This document shows, one piece after another, positions 52,091 through 64,000 of a stretch of DNA of 64,000 bases. The notes under the pieces were generated by a model. The model was not told where the DNA came from. It ran no database searches and saw nothing but the letters and a program-made list of their open reading frames with translations. Positions within the stretch are counted from its first letter, which is position 1. Each line of letters starts with the position of its first letter. The DNA comes from Camelus dromedarius. Taxonomy: Eukaryota. The stretch covers positions 67,148,001-67,212,000 of the forward strand of contig NC_087437.1 in the NCBI RefSeq assembly GCF_036321535.1, in the 5' to 3' direction. Both the position numbers and the translations under genes were made by a program.

Positions 52091-54289
52091 TGATACTGTT
52101 GTAGGCTCAGCCCCACTCTGCTCCAAGTGAGACCAACGGAGGTTGCAGGTGTGGGAGATTGGGGGAACATCAGGCTTTCTTTTCAGTAGCTGTGCAATGA
52201 GACTTTATGTATTAATCCTGCCTAAACAGTGGGGTGCTTACCTGGTTCCTGGCATCCTTTCTGTGATCTCCAGACCCCATGAGTCAGTCTCTAGCTGCTG
52301 CTAGACTTTCCCTGGGGTGACCCCTGTCTGCCTGCTGGTGGCCCATGCCAAACTTATACTTACAATGCTCAAACCACCTGCCTCCACGTCTGTTGTTCAA
52401 TTCTGGGAGCTTGAGGGACCACCTATCCCACTCAGGTGGGTTTGTGTATTTCCCAGGTTCCAGCCCCTTGGTTGTCTGGCTTTTCTTCCTCCCATCATGT
52501 CTCCTTTTTATTTCTTATCAGGTCAAATTAGACTTTTCAGATTTTTTTCTTTTGTGATTTCCCATCTCTCATGAATTCTTGTTTTTCTTTGGGCTATAGA
52601 ATCAAAACCTATTGTTTCTCTTAATTTTTAAAATCTATTGCTGTAAATTCTAGCATTAACTTCTTTTTTAAAATCTAAGCCAAGTACTCATTCATTCATT
52701 CATCCAACATACTTTGTATAGTGTCCACTGTGCACAAGGTGCTGGAGACATAGGGTTTTGTGTAATTCTAGGCCTATAGGAGGGTTTCTAAAAATGGTTG
52801 CTCAGTTACACTCTGTAGAATTAAGCCCAGAGTCACACTTTCCTGGATGGCTACTGTACCGTTAGAGACACATGCCTCAGTGCCTGTAGGTGGGAAGAAA
52901 ACAAGCAGCTCAAAGAGCTGAAAGGGACAATAAAATTGCCACCAGGTCTTCTGTCTGTTAGTTCATGGTCCTCCTGCTCCATGGCTCCATCTACCTCACC
53001 ATTGCAAAGGATGGCAGGGGGTCAGGGGGAGACGAATCCCTAAACTCGTCTACAGCAGTCCACCAATGTTCTGCAAAATGGAAATGCCAAGATGTATTGC
53101 AGTTCCCCAAACTAAAGCTGTGTTTGGAACTGTAAATTTAAATTCACACATCTAATCTTGTTTCGGATCTAAGACTCTGCTCCTCCCTGGTCTAATCAGT
53201 TATTCAGGAGGATTTACAGAGCAAAGCACTGAAACACACACCACAAACATGCCTTTTTGGTTTATTTGCCTTTTCAAATACAAGCAGTTTAACCTAGGTG
53301 CTATTTATCAGATACTGTCTTTGAGGAAAGAGCTGTAAGGACTTACGTCAGCTTTATTGGCCCAGGCGGTGCAGGCTCTGCTGGAGGAACCCGCAAGGGC
53401 TCCCCTGGCAGCGGCTGAGGTCTCAGGATTGGGAGGCATGTTGGAGGGTGCAGGCAAACACACGTGGTTCTTGATATCCTACTACTAAGACATGGCTGAT
53501 GCTTGGAACCAAGCAGGGAAACAGAGAAGGAATGAGAATGAGGAAGCCCCGCTTGTTAATGTGTCTATTTTCCATGGCATCTTCGAAGATGAAGCTCTGC
53601 TTACACAACTTTACTCCAATTCCGTGAGTTTTAGAAGACCACAGGGTGACGCATTCCAGTTTGAGCAAGCTGCTAACATCTTAGAGCTGACAGAATAATG
53701 AGTGTTTTTCCTTTGTTTAATATTTTTGATCCAGATTGGGTAACTGTGGTTTCTATCATTTCTACCCAATATACCTGTCTCTGTTTTCCAGCTATGTTTC
53801 TTTCACTTCCTGGAGGTTTATAATTTCTAGGATGTATAGGAAGAAAGCCAAGTTGAGGCAATCTTTTCCAGTTATTGTCAAGAATTTTCCAAAATTATGT
53901 CATGAAGAGTTGATTCTCTGGCTAATTTTAAAACTGATGGTCTTGACAGAATATTTTTTTTCTCTTCCTTTTAAATTTTGTGCTTGTTGGTGTCTTTCTA
54001 GCCTTAATTTGAAGATTAAACTGTGACTGGAGTTTGGATTTCCACTCCTAGACAATCAGAAAGGGACAGAGGGAAAAATTTTTAGGACAAAGGTGTGTCC
54101 AGATAAGCCAAACTGGGATTAGATTTGCCATAGATGACTGAGTGTGAACATTTACAAGAAAGATTTTTGTGTTGGCCCCGGGACGGACTCTTTCTCAGGG
54201 AGAACTTTATTTTGTTTTCATTCCCCTCCCTCCTCCCTTTCTCCTCCTCCTCCTTCTTCTTTTCCTTCAATGCTGTGATTTACTAATTT

Positions 54290-54410
54290 CCTAATACGTA
54301 CCAGGAAACTGAGGTTTGAAGAAGTTAAGGAATTTGCTAAGGGTCACTCAGCTGCTTTGTAAACCCAGCTCTGTTTCCAAAGCTTGCTCTCATTTCACTA
54401 CATACTTTCT
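54290..54410 (-). mobile_element. MIR
   Basis: 'aggaaactgaggtttgaagaagttaaggaatttgctaagggtcactcagct'. Confidence 0.8.
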
Positions 54411-56722
54411 CCATCTTTAAATCTAGGGACTCTCTATCAGGAATTGCCTAAAGGCCTAGTGTTTTTGCCCCTGAGGCTGTAGGGATTGTGAAGATGGACA
54501 TAATAGTGCTCTCTCACCCTCCTTTATAACTTACATACAAGTTCACATGTCTCACTTCATTTTTTTTTTTCAACAGGGCCTGGGTACTGAACCCATTTTA
54601 CCGATGAGGACATAGAAGCTGGACTCAATTTTCTAGGATATCTGTTGTACTTTTGAGCTCGTGGGGTGCAAGAATACGTGTGTCAGACTTTGTACTTTGT
54701 ACCTGTCCAGGAGCATCAAACCAGAAGAGAAGCCAAGAGGGTCTCTGCTGGAGGCTAGGCTCAGAGGACGTCCTCTGAGACTTCTGAGTGGCCTCACTTG
54801 GCCCGCGCTGGTGGTGGTGGTGTGGTCTGCCTCTGTCTTCTCTATGAGCCAAAGACCTGCTGCAAGTCTGCTCACTGCCTCCTGTGTGTGCATCCATTTT
54901 CCACCCCCGTCAGGTGTCAACTCTTCATTCCACTCCCATCAAATTTCATTCTATTTCCTTTATGAATAATTTGCTGGTTGCAACAGCAGCTCTCAGCCCT
55001 GCTTTGTGCTGTGGTGTTCAGGGGAGTGGCGAGGTTAATTGGGAGGAAAAATTGAACTAAACTTGGAGACTGGGACACTGATCTTGTTGGCTGTGTGGCC
55101 CTGAGAGGCCATCTTTCCTTTCCCTTGTGCTTAGGACAGAGTGGGGACAGGGTGGTTGCTGATCCAGTTCTGATATCCTCCGGCTGCAAATGTTGTGTTC
55201 ATGGAACGTGAGTGACCTGTCTCTGTCACTTTCTAGGAAAGGGATATGCTTATTTTGTTGCTGAGAAATGGTTAGGACCAAGGATAGTTACACATTTTAT
55301 ACTTTAATCTTTTCTGACAAAAAGAGAGAAATTGCGTTTCTGTAAAATATTGACAAACCTAAGGGAGGCTGCCTTTATCCATGCCACCATCTGCACCGGA
55401 TGGAACATAGCAGAAGTGAGAGGCCCCCAGAACGTAGTGCAGTGTGCCGGTGCCTAGACCGCAGTTACAAGAAACACACTGCAGAGTGCTAGTTCTCCAA
55501 ACTCAAACTTGGTTAGAAAGAAGGAAAGGTTGGGAGCCAGGACTAGCTCTATGGACAATTTTATTGCTGTTTTTTTGTAAAAGCTTTGAGGAGCAGAGTT
55601 CTATTTTTCACCTAGAGGACAGCAGAAAGACTGAACAGTAAACCCTTTGGGTATTATAAATGTGTAAATACGGGGATGAGAATTCTACGTGAAATGCTGA
55701 CAATTTCTCCTTTAGTTTGCAGTCTTGATTTGGATTTTGTCATTCATTCTCCCCGCTCTTTCCTCATTCTTCTGGGAGAAGGTGAGGGGTCCTATTTTCT
55801 TAGGCATTTGCCTTACGAATTTTTGCAGGTTTCTGCCGGGAATCTTAATTTCAACAACTCACCTCCTTTCTGCTTCCTGCCTCATTTCCTTCTTTCTCCC
55901 CACTTGCTCCCACCCCAGTCCTCCTGGAGACGGAGGTCCTCACCTGGACTGCCAGTGCCAGGTCCATTCTCATTAAGAAAAGGGATTAACTTTATTATTA
56001 TTTCAAAGGTATTCTGCATGTCTGCCACAGTGGAGTCTCATGTATCTGTCATGTCCAGTAGGGAAAAGCTCCCTTCTCTTTACGGAATATTGGTGTCTAA
56101 TGGAATCCAAAGAATAGTGTTTGAAAGAGAAAAGAGATACTAATAATAATGTCTTGAATAATTACATAGAAGAGAACTCAAGAGCAATTCCTTCATTTAC
56201 TTGTTGGTATTAGGTCTTCTTCTAAAATAATTTCAGCCAGTATCAGTAAGGCTCTTATATATGATGTCTATGCCTTTCCAGTTTTCCTAGTGGAATGCTC
56301 CTAATGTCAGAGGAGAGTAAATGGGGACCGTTCTCAGGACACTTGGGGGAAGAACCCAGGATGATCCAATTTTGCCTTCCAATCCATGACGTTTCTATGT
56401 TTGTCCTAGTATTAAGACTTTTTATAATGACCGAACTTTGATTAAATCGGGGTCTCCAGACATGAGCCACCTTTGTTCCCTGGCTTCCTGGATTCCCATG
56501 ACCATCACTGCATAGCCTGCAAGATATGTGTGCTTCAGGGCAAGATGCTTGGCAAAGGGACTTTCACATAGGTATAAAGGGACAGGAGTCAGGTACTTTA
56601 AAAGGGAAAGAAAAAATTCCAAGGGACAAAAATTATCTCTAGCAGCAAGGACAAAACAGGATATCTCAAATATATGTTTAAATAAATCAAGCCTTGGGCA
56701 TTTGTGGGAAATTGATTTTTTC

Positions 56723-57982
56723 CTTTTTTTCTTCTCTTTTTTTTGGGGGGGAGGGACTCTTCATTTTTCAGTTTTATTAGAATTGTTGAAGTTTTACTGC
56801 ACATGTACACTGTATTTCATGTAAATACGTATATACAATATAGTGCACATTTAAAACAATTTACATATCTGTACTGTTCATTGTTTCTAAGAACAGTTTA
56901 GAGCTTTAGCTTTTTAAACTTACACAGTTATCAAAGGAATAAAGCCAACCACAAAATAAGAATAAACAGAATGCAGTAATCCAGTCATAAAGGACAGTCA
57001 CATGTGCTTACACATATTCAAGAAACCAATTATCTAAGTTATAAATAATAAGTAGTTCATTTGTGTCCTTCTTTTTTAGATTTCACATAGAAATGATGTC
57101 ATATGGCATTTTTCTTTCTTGTTCTGGCTTACTTCACTTAGAATGACAGCCTCCAGGTCCATCCATGTTGCTGCAAATGGCATTATTTTCTTCTTTTTTA
57201 TGGCTGAGTAGTATTCCATTGCACATATATACCACTTCTTCTCTATCCAGTCATCTGCTGGTGGACATTTGGGATGTTTCCATGTCTTGGCTATTGTAAA
57301 TAGTGCTGTTATGAATATTGGGGTGCATGTGTATTTTTGAATTATATTTTCCTCTGAGTATATGCCCAGGAGTTGGATTGCTGGATCATACGGTAAGTCT
57401 ATTTTTAGTTTTTTAGGGAACTTCCATACTGTCCTCCATAGTGGCTGTACCAACTCACATTCCCACCAACAGTGTAGGAGGGTTCCTCTTTCTCCACACC
57501 TCTCCAGCATTTATTGTTTGTAGAATTTTTAATGATGGCCATTCTGGCTTGTGTGAGGTGATACCTCACTGTGGTTTTAATTTGAATTTTTCTGATAATT
57601 AGTGATGTTGAGCATTTTTCATGTGCTGTTGGCCATTTGTATGTCTTCATTGGAGAATTACTTGTTTAGGTCTTCTGTCCATTGTTGGATTGGGTTGCTT
57701 TTTTTTTTAATATTAAGTTATATGAGCTTTTTGTATATTTTAGAATATCTTTTTCCATCCCCTTGCTTTCAGCCTGCATGTGTCTCTAGCTCTGAGGTGG
57801 GTCTCTTCTAGACAGCATATATATGGCTCTTGTTTTTGTATCCATTCAGCCAGTCTATGTCTTTTGGTTGGAGCATTTAATCCATTTACATTTAAGGTAA
57901 TTATCAGTACATATGTTCTTATTGCCATTTTGTTAATTGTTTTGGGTTTGTTTTTGTATGTCTTTTTTTTTCTCTTCTTTTT
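56723..57982 (-). mobile_element. Composite retro-insertion: L1 inter-ORF/EN start + L1 ORF2 C-terminus and partial 3' UTR + non-L1 polyadenylated segment
   Basis: Perfect TSD gaaattgattttttc at 56708-56722 and 57983-57997; ORF 57740-58027 'ITLNVNGLNAPTKRHRLAEWIQKQ' (EN) and ORF 57076-57510 (ORF2 C-terminus). Confidence 0.85.
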
Positions 57983-58310
57983 GAAATTGATTTTTTCTTC
58001 TGTTGAAATATGATTACAGAAAAACATTGTGAAGTCGATCAGTATAGATTACTTATTCTTCTTTGTAATTGGTGATTCTAATACCTGTTAACTACCTATG
58101 TGCTTTTAGTCCCTGGTATGAAAAGCTGTCTGTTGACATTTATTTCCTGAGTGTGTTATAGTGGTCTGCAAACTTTCTTGCACATTAAAAATCAGCTGGG
58201 AAGTTTTTTTTTTTACAATCCAGATGCTTAGGCTTTAACTGATGCCAGTTAAATCAGAATCTTTGAAGGTGGTGGAGGAGGTAGTTGCTAGGCAGCAGTA
58301 TTTTGTTTTT

Positions 58311-58540
58311 TAATTTTTTTTTTAACTTTTTATTGAAGTATAGTTGATTTACAGTGTTTGTTTCAGATGTACAGCAAAGTGATTCAGTTCTACATACACA
58401 TACATATATACATTTTCTTTTCAGATTCTTTCCCATTATATATTATTATAAGAAATTGAATATAGTTTCCTGAGCTATGCAGTAGGTCCTTGTTGTTTAT
58501 CTATTTCATATATAATAATGTGTACCTGTTAATCTCCAAC
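58311..58540 (-). mobile_element. L1 3' UTR inserted into a MER5-like element
   Basis: TSD-like cagtattttgttttt (58296-58310) / cagcattctgttttt (58541-58555). Confidence 0.8.
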
Positions 58541-58598
58541 CAGCATTCTGTTTTTCAGAGTTTCCTAAGAGGTTCCAGTGTATGGCCAGATTTGAGAT

Positions 58599-58785
58599 CA
58601 GTGGTTCTCTAACTTGAGTGTGTATCAGAATCCCCTGGAGGGCTTATTAAAACATAGATTCTGGGTTCCACCCCTAGATTTCTCAGTAACTTGCCTTCAA
58701 TAGAGCTTGACTATAAGCATTTCTAACACAGAAGTTTCCAGGTGACGATGCGACTGGTCTGGGGAGCAAACTTTGAGAACCCTTG
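58599..58785. mobile_element. MER5A
   Basis: 'cagtggttctctaacttgagtgtgtatcagaatcccctggagggcttattaaaacatagatt...ctttgagaaccc'. Confidence 0.9.
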
Positions 58786-60899
58786 TTCTAGAGTTTTCAG
58801 GATATGTTAGTATTACCAGCATGGATGGGATGGAAATAAGTTTCGGAAATACCAGGTGATGTAACAGGGCTTGGGAAATACTTGGACAACCGTGCTCTTC
58901 TGCTTTAGCGGGCATATTTGAATTTGAGTGACGACATGTTTTTTGCAGTTGGATTTAGCCCAAGTCTTGGAGACCCAGCCGCAGTAATGGCCTCTGAGTT
59001 AACTGTTTCATAAATGCAAATGAAGAAGAATGTCCACCCAGTGCTGTTGTTTAACCTGGTGTCCTGTGAGGCGTCATGGTGCCCTGTAAATGCCGAGTCA
59101 TTACTGCCAGTGTTTGGTGGTTGCAGTGGATGCTGTGTTGCTGTGGAAACCTTCAGGGGTGTGATAAATCCCCTTTCTCTAGGAGGGCTGCAGCTTTTCC
59201 CTTTACTGGGCTGAACAGGGCCCAGCCTGGCCAGCTCTTGCTTCAGCTTAGCATGTAGTTTCTTTTTCTTCTATTATAAATATTATCTGCACAATTCTCT
59301 TAGTTTATCTCATCCCATTAAAAGGTCATTAGGTTTCCCATTAGCAGCTACTGTTGATGGTTTCCCGCTGAGGCCTCAGCGTGGGCCTCCCTGCCATGAA
59401 TTTGAGCCGGGGGAGAACAAGTGAAAGCGGAGAAGTGTGGAGACTCCACTAACACCTGCCTCCCAGCTTTGTAACACGAAAGCTGCGCTGGAACCAGTCT
59501 CCCCTCTTTAGCAAAGTTGGCAGCAGGTAAAAACACAGTTTGCATTTTTGCTCCTGCAGCTTGAATGGTAACTTTTGTTTAATTTCTTGCTTCTTTTTGT
59601 ATCTTTTAAATATAAAAACAAATGAAATACTCAGTTCACTTTGTCACTTTTGACATCCCCCACCTTCTGCCAGTTGCCAGTTCTTGCTGTTTTCAGTTTG
59701 CTGTCTGGTTTCCCTGCAGTTCTGGATCTCTGATTAGTTACGCTGCCTCAGGTGCAGATTCCTAGGTGACCCACCGGTGAGATTGAGTCCCAGCGACAGA
59801 TACATATATTTCTTTTATTCAGTTTTGTCTTATAAAAACAACAACCTTGTGTACTAAAGTCCCCACCGTGTGTAGTTATTAAACACTGTATTTATGAAGA
59901 ATATATACAAAGCAGAGTAAAATTTAAAAGGAACAGAAACTAGGTATTGTAGAAATCCTGCTTATTAACTACTTTGAGTGCTTAATATTAATCCTTTAGA
60001 AAGTCTGTAACTTTAAAGAAAGAATGCTATCACTTCAGAATTTATGATATCAGAAATCCCTTTAAATTCACACACTTCCTCAGGCTGTAGGTGTTTCCAG
60101 CTTTTCCTTAAAAAAGACAATTATCAAGGCTTAACCTGTTTCCTCAATTAACTGAGGAAGTCATCTTCCAGAAGGTTTTAACTACCTTTTCCTCAGAGGC
60201 CCACCTTTCCTTTCTTGCACTTTGTAGGAAAAAAAAAAGACCCTAATTATACATACCAGCTCCATTTACTGTCCCTGCTTCACCATGATTGTGCTTTTCT
60301 GATTAGGAGAAAATTTGCTTTCTCTGACTGCTTCTTATATTTAGCTCTCTGCCCTTTCCAGGACAAGAAGGTCCTAATTTACACTGAATACATGCGTTTA
60401 GTCATTACCACTAAATGTTACAAGTCCTCGTTGAGTCTCCTGGAGCCATTCTGTCTGGCTTTGAGTATAGCTTGGTTTCCTTTAAGGGACTTCCCTGAGG
60501 GTTGAGCCTACTGTCAAAGCCCACCACAAGAGATGATTATTCAGTTAGGAATGGGAGTGATTTTTTTCCCGTGATGGGGGTGGTTCTCTGGCTCCTGGGC
60601 CAGGTCCATCCCACTGAATGGAGATCAGGAGAAGCAGCGCATGGAACGTCTGAAGGTGGACAGAGATGCAGCGGTTGGAGGGAGCAGGGCGTGGCCACAG
60701 TTCCATGTGCTTTGCTTTGGCCAGCTGTTCAGCTCTTCAGGAAAATTGTGTATAAATCCAATAGGAACTTAAAAAACTGACCTCAATTTACTAAGCTCCT
60801 TGGAACAACAGATCTCTCTTTCTCCTCTGTGAAACATGGGACACTGTCTAGCGTTGTGATAAAGCGAATGCTCTAACAGACGAAACATTTCTGCTCACA

Positions 60900-61400
60900 T
60901 GTACGACTTCCTCACTTCTCAAGAGTTGGCTGCCTTTGTGGCAAACTTGTTTATGCCAGTTGAATTTGTTATCATAATTATATAATTTTATTAAATATTA
61001 CATAAGTATATGGGACAGTAATACAAGAAGAAAGCGTTGTATGAAAGCTAAGCTTCTTTGGAAAGATTGGATAAGACAAGTGGGTAAGGAGAATTGTTAT
61101 CAAATTAGGGATGGGCAAAACATCTGCAGAAGATTAGAAAAATATCATAAAAGTCTAGAGAATCCTGCATTTACATTGTTTTGTCTCATCTAAAGAAATG
61201 AGATGCTGCATTATGGATTTGGTTTATGCAAGAAAGACAATAAAGGACTCTAATCAACACTCATAATAGAAGAAGCTGCCTTGACTCCACATGAATACTT
61301 TGGTGAATGAATAAACATTTATAGATTTAAGCTTGAATAAAATGTTTAAGGAACTTCAACTGACTTTTCTGATTACCGAACAACTGTCAGTCCCCTTTGC
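60900..61400 (+). mobile_element. Tigger (TcMar) transposase fossil, Tigger15-like
   Basis: Degenerate CENP-B-type HTH coding: 'gatgctgcattatggatttggtttatgcaagaaagac' = DAALWIWFMQER. Confidence 0.65.
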
Positions 61401-63274
61401 ATTACTCTTCATGCAACCCAAGTGTGAGCTGGGTGATCCTGCTCTGTGAGAACTACAGGAAATTGTCCCAGAGTTCCATACTGGGTCCTGTGGATTTTGA
61501 GAATTCCTGAGGGGTCTCTCATGTTCGTGGTCACTTCTGGCTCCAAACTTCTGGTTCCTTCTATTTCAATTTTTGCGTCATACCTTGTCCTTCGTGTATT
61601 CTCTTTGTTCAGTCTCCTTAGCCCTGCCTATATATATCTAAGATTTCTTTCATTTCTTGAAAAAAAAAAGGTCTTACTTACATAAAGCATTAAATGTATA
61701 GTAGATGTGACTGAAGTGCGGGAAAGGGAAGCCAGGGCATGGTTCTACAACTTGGGAATGAAAAGAATTTCAAATTGGAAATGAGATAGCCTAAAGTCAC
61801 CCTGCAACTGGGAATGTGACCCTTAAGCACCACCCCCAACCCCACTGTGCGCCCGCCCCATGCAAGTTGCCTAGTTTCTTCTAACTGCTCATTGCTCTCT
61901 TCATTTCTGTCTATGTCAATTCAGAGCAGTGTGGCCATCCCTTTGCTGCCTCCTTTCCTGCTGATCCTCCCTTGATGGGGTCTCACCTCTCTCTCTGCCT
62001 AGGCAGTCAACAGGTGACCGTATCCTAGGAACTGGAATACCTGTGAAAGTAGAAGTGGGCAATATTAATAATCTCTCCAGGACAAAAGGAAAAAAAAAAA
62101 CAAAACCTGGGATTGTTCTGGGCAAACCAGCATCTGTTGTTTATCAAAGTATTTGCCTAACCACAGCTGTTTTCTCCTTAAGAATAATTCTAGTGTTAAT
62201 GGGTAAAACTTTTTTCACCCCGTTACGTATAGTCTCCAAGTTTTATTAAACTCAAACAGCCAATTCTTTCTCTTACTAGGGAAGCGTGTTATTCACTGAA
62301 ACAAAATATGCTTTTTATTGGCCATCAGTGTTTACTGTTCGGTGTTCCTCACCCTCTCAAGCTCAATTTTTTCATCTGTGAGATGGAGAATATTATTGCC
62401 TGCTAAGGGACTCAAGTGAAAAAAGAAAACCAGACAATAAAGTGTATTGGAGGAGATTAAGCTGTAGAAATATAAGGTTTAGTGTAATCACTGGTATATA
62501 TGTATTTCTAAATAAGATTAAAAGTCAGAAGTCACAGGGGAGCTGTGAATATTACACTATATCAGATGGCTTTTCTGGGTTTGATTCTCTGAGCATCTTA
62601 TTTGGTGCCTTTTGTTCTTGCTTCCTGACTCTAAACCTGGTCCTTTGAAATAACTTTACCAGTAATCCTGAATCCTGACCTTCAGCCTCCTTATATTTCT
62701 GTCTAGGACCTCTACTCAGCAAAGTCATCCAATCACCCTGAATTGTAAGTCGTTGAGTTGGGTTATTGTGATGCTGATAAATGAGAACTAAATTGAAGCC
62801 ATCAGCCTCCTTTTACTTACTCACCTATTTCCAGATGTGGAAGTTAATGGGCTAGGATTGGCTGCTAACACTGAGTCTCATCAAAGACCATTTTCCTTAA
62901 GGGCATTAACTGCAATTTATTGATTGGGTGGAGGCCTGAGGCATTTGGGGTGTGGATTTGTAGTAGGGCCTCGAAAATGGTTGGGGCTGACATCTAAGCG
63001 TGCCACCTGAGTTTGTCAAATTGAACAGGAACACTGTGACTTCGGATTCAGACACCAGGTAGGCTGACAAAAGGAGCAGTTAAAAATGTCTTACCTTATT
63101 ACAAAGAGGTAAGCAGCTCATTCCTTCTTCTGAGAGTAGGAACATGAGCCCATTTTATATGTGCTGATTTCCACTGCTTAAATCCGGAGATACTATTTAG
63201 TTCTTTATTGTCTCCTGTGGTCAATGATGGCTACTTGGATTGTCTACACTTGCTGTTCCTGCTGCCTCTCCTCC

Positions 63275-63719
63275 TGTCTTTTTTAAAATTTAAGTATAGT
63301 TGATTTATAGTATTTTGTTAGTTTCAGGTATACAGCAGAGTGTTTCAGTATTTTTGCAGAGGATATCTTATTATAGGTTACTACAAGATAATTGGTACAA
63401 TTCCCTGTGATATATAGTATATCCTTGTTGCTTATCTATTTTATATATAATAGTTTGTGTCTGTTAAATCCATACCTCTATTTGTCCCTCCCTGCTTCCC
63501 TCTCCCCTCTGGTAACCGTAATTTTGTTTTCTATGTCTGTGAGTCTGTTTCTGTTTTACACATAAATTCATTTGTATTATTTTTTTAGATTTAATATATA
63601 AGTGATACAGTATTTGTCCTTCTCTGACTTATTTTACTAAACATGATAATCTCTAGGTCCATCCATGTTGTTGCTGCAAATGGCAGTATTTCATCCTTTT
63701 TTATGGCCAAGTAGTATTC

Positions 63720-63774
<55 letters not shown>

Positions 63775-64000
63775 CACACACACATACACACCCCATCTTC
63801 TTAAGCCAGTCATCTGTTGATGGGCATGTGAGTTGCTTCCATGTCTTAATTGTTGTAAATAGTGATGCTATGAATACTGGGGTGCATATCTTTTCAAATT
63901 AATGTTTTCATTTCTTCCAGATACATACCCAGGAGTGGAATTGCTGGATCACATGGAAGTTATATTTTTAGTTTTTGAAGGAACCTCTGTACTGTTTTCC
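63275..64000 (-). mobile_element. L1 3' end running off the window
   Basis: ORF 63591-63791 'EYYLAIKKDEILPFAATTWMDLEIIM'. Confidence 0.9.
63722..63771. repeat. (GT)n microsatellite within L1
   Basis: About 25 GT units. Confidence 0.95.

Noticed and set aside
62821..63115. Possible exon (acceptor 62834, donors 63059/63109)
   Set aside because: Signals are only moderate, an equally good donor exists on the minus strand, and there is no coding support.
1..64000. ORF track as evidence of host protein-coding genes
   Set aside because: All ORFs are 159 aa or shorter, many start at non-ATG codons, and the recognisable ones are L1 remnants. No coherent exon chain was found.

Overview
Non-coding mammalian genomic DNA, most likely a cetartiodactyl. 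The young L1 3' UTRs resemble camelid L1s, recognised from memory. I find no convincing protein-coding gene, RNA gene or CRISPR-like system: the only ORFs in the track with recognisable protein similarity are LINE-1 ORF1/ORF2 remnants. The window is dominated by L1, L2, MIR, ERVL/MaLR solo LTRs, hAT/Tigger DNA transposon fossils and microsatellites. The most notable structures are: (1) a tripartite retro-insertion at 56723-57982 bounded by a perfect 15-bp TSD (L1 EN start + L1 C-terminus + a non-L1 polyadenylated segment); (2) a CpG-rich, promoter-like region at about 5.7-6.6 kb built partly on an ancient ERVL LTR; (3) three copies of one TSD showing two successive L1 insertions at the same site; (4) a tailless L1 with a TSD; (5) two strong, divergent CTCF motifs, one inside an LTR41-like element; (6) a candidate recursive splice site or 6-nt microexon; (7) near-total minus-strand bias of L1s, suggesting a + strand transcription unit. 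Repeat subfamily names come from recalled consensus sequences, and boundaries are approximate unless a TSD is given.
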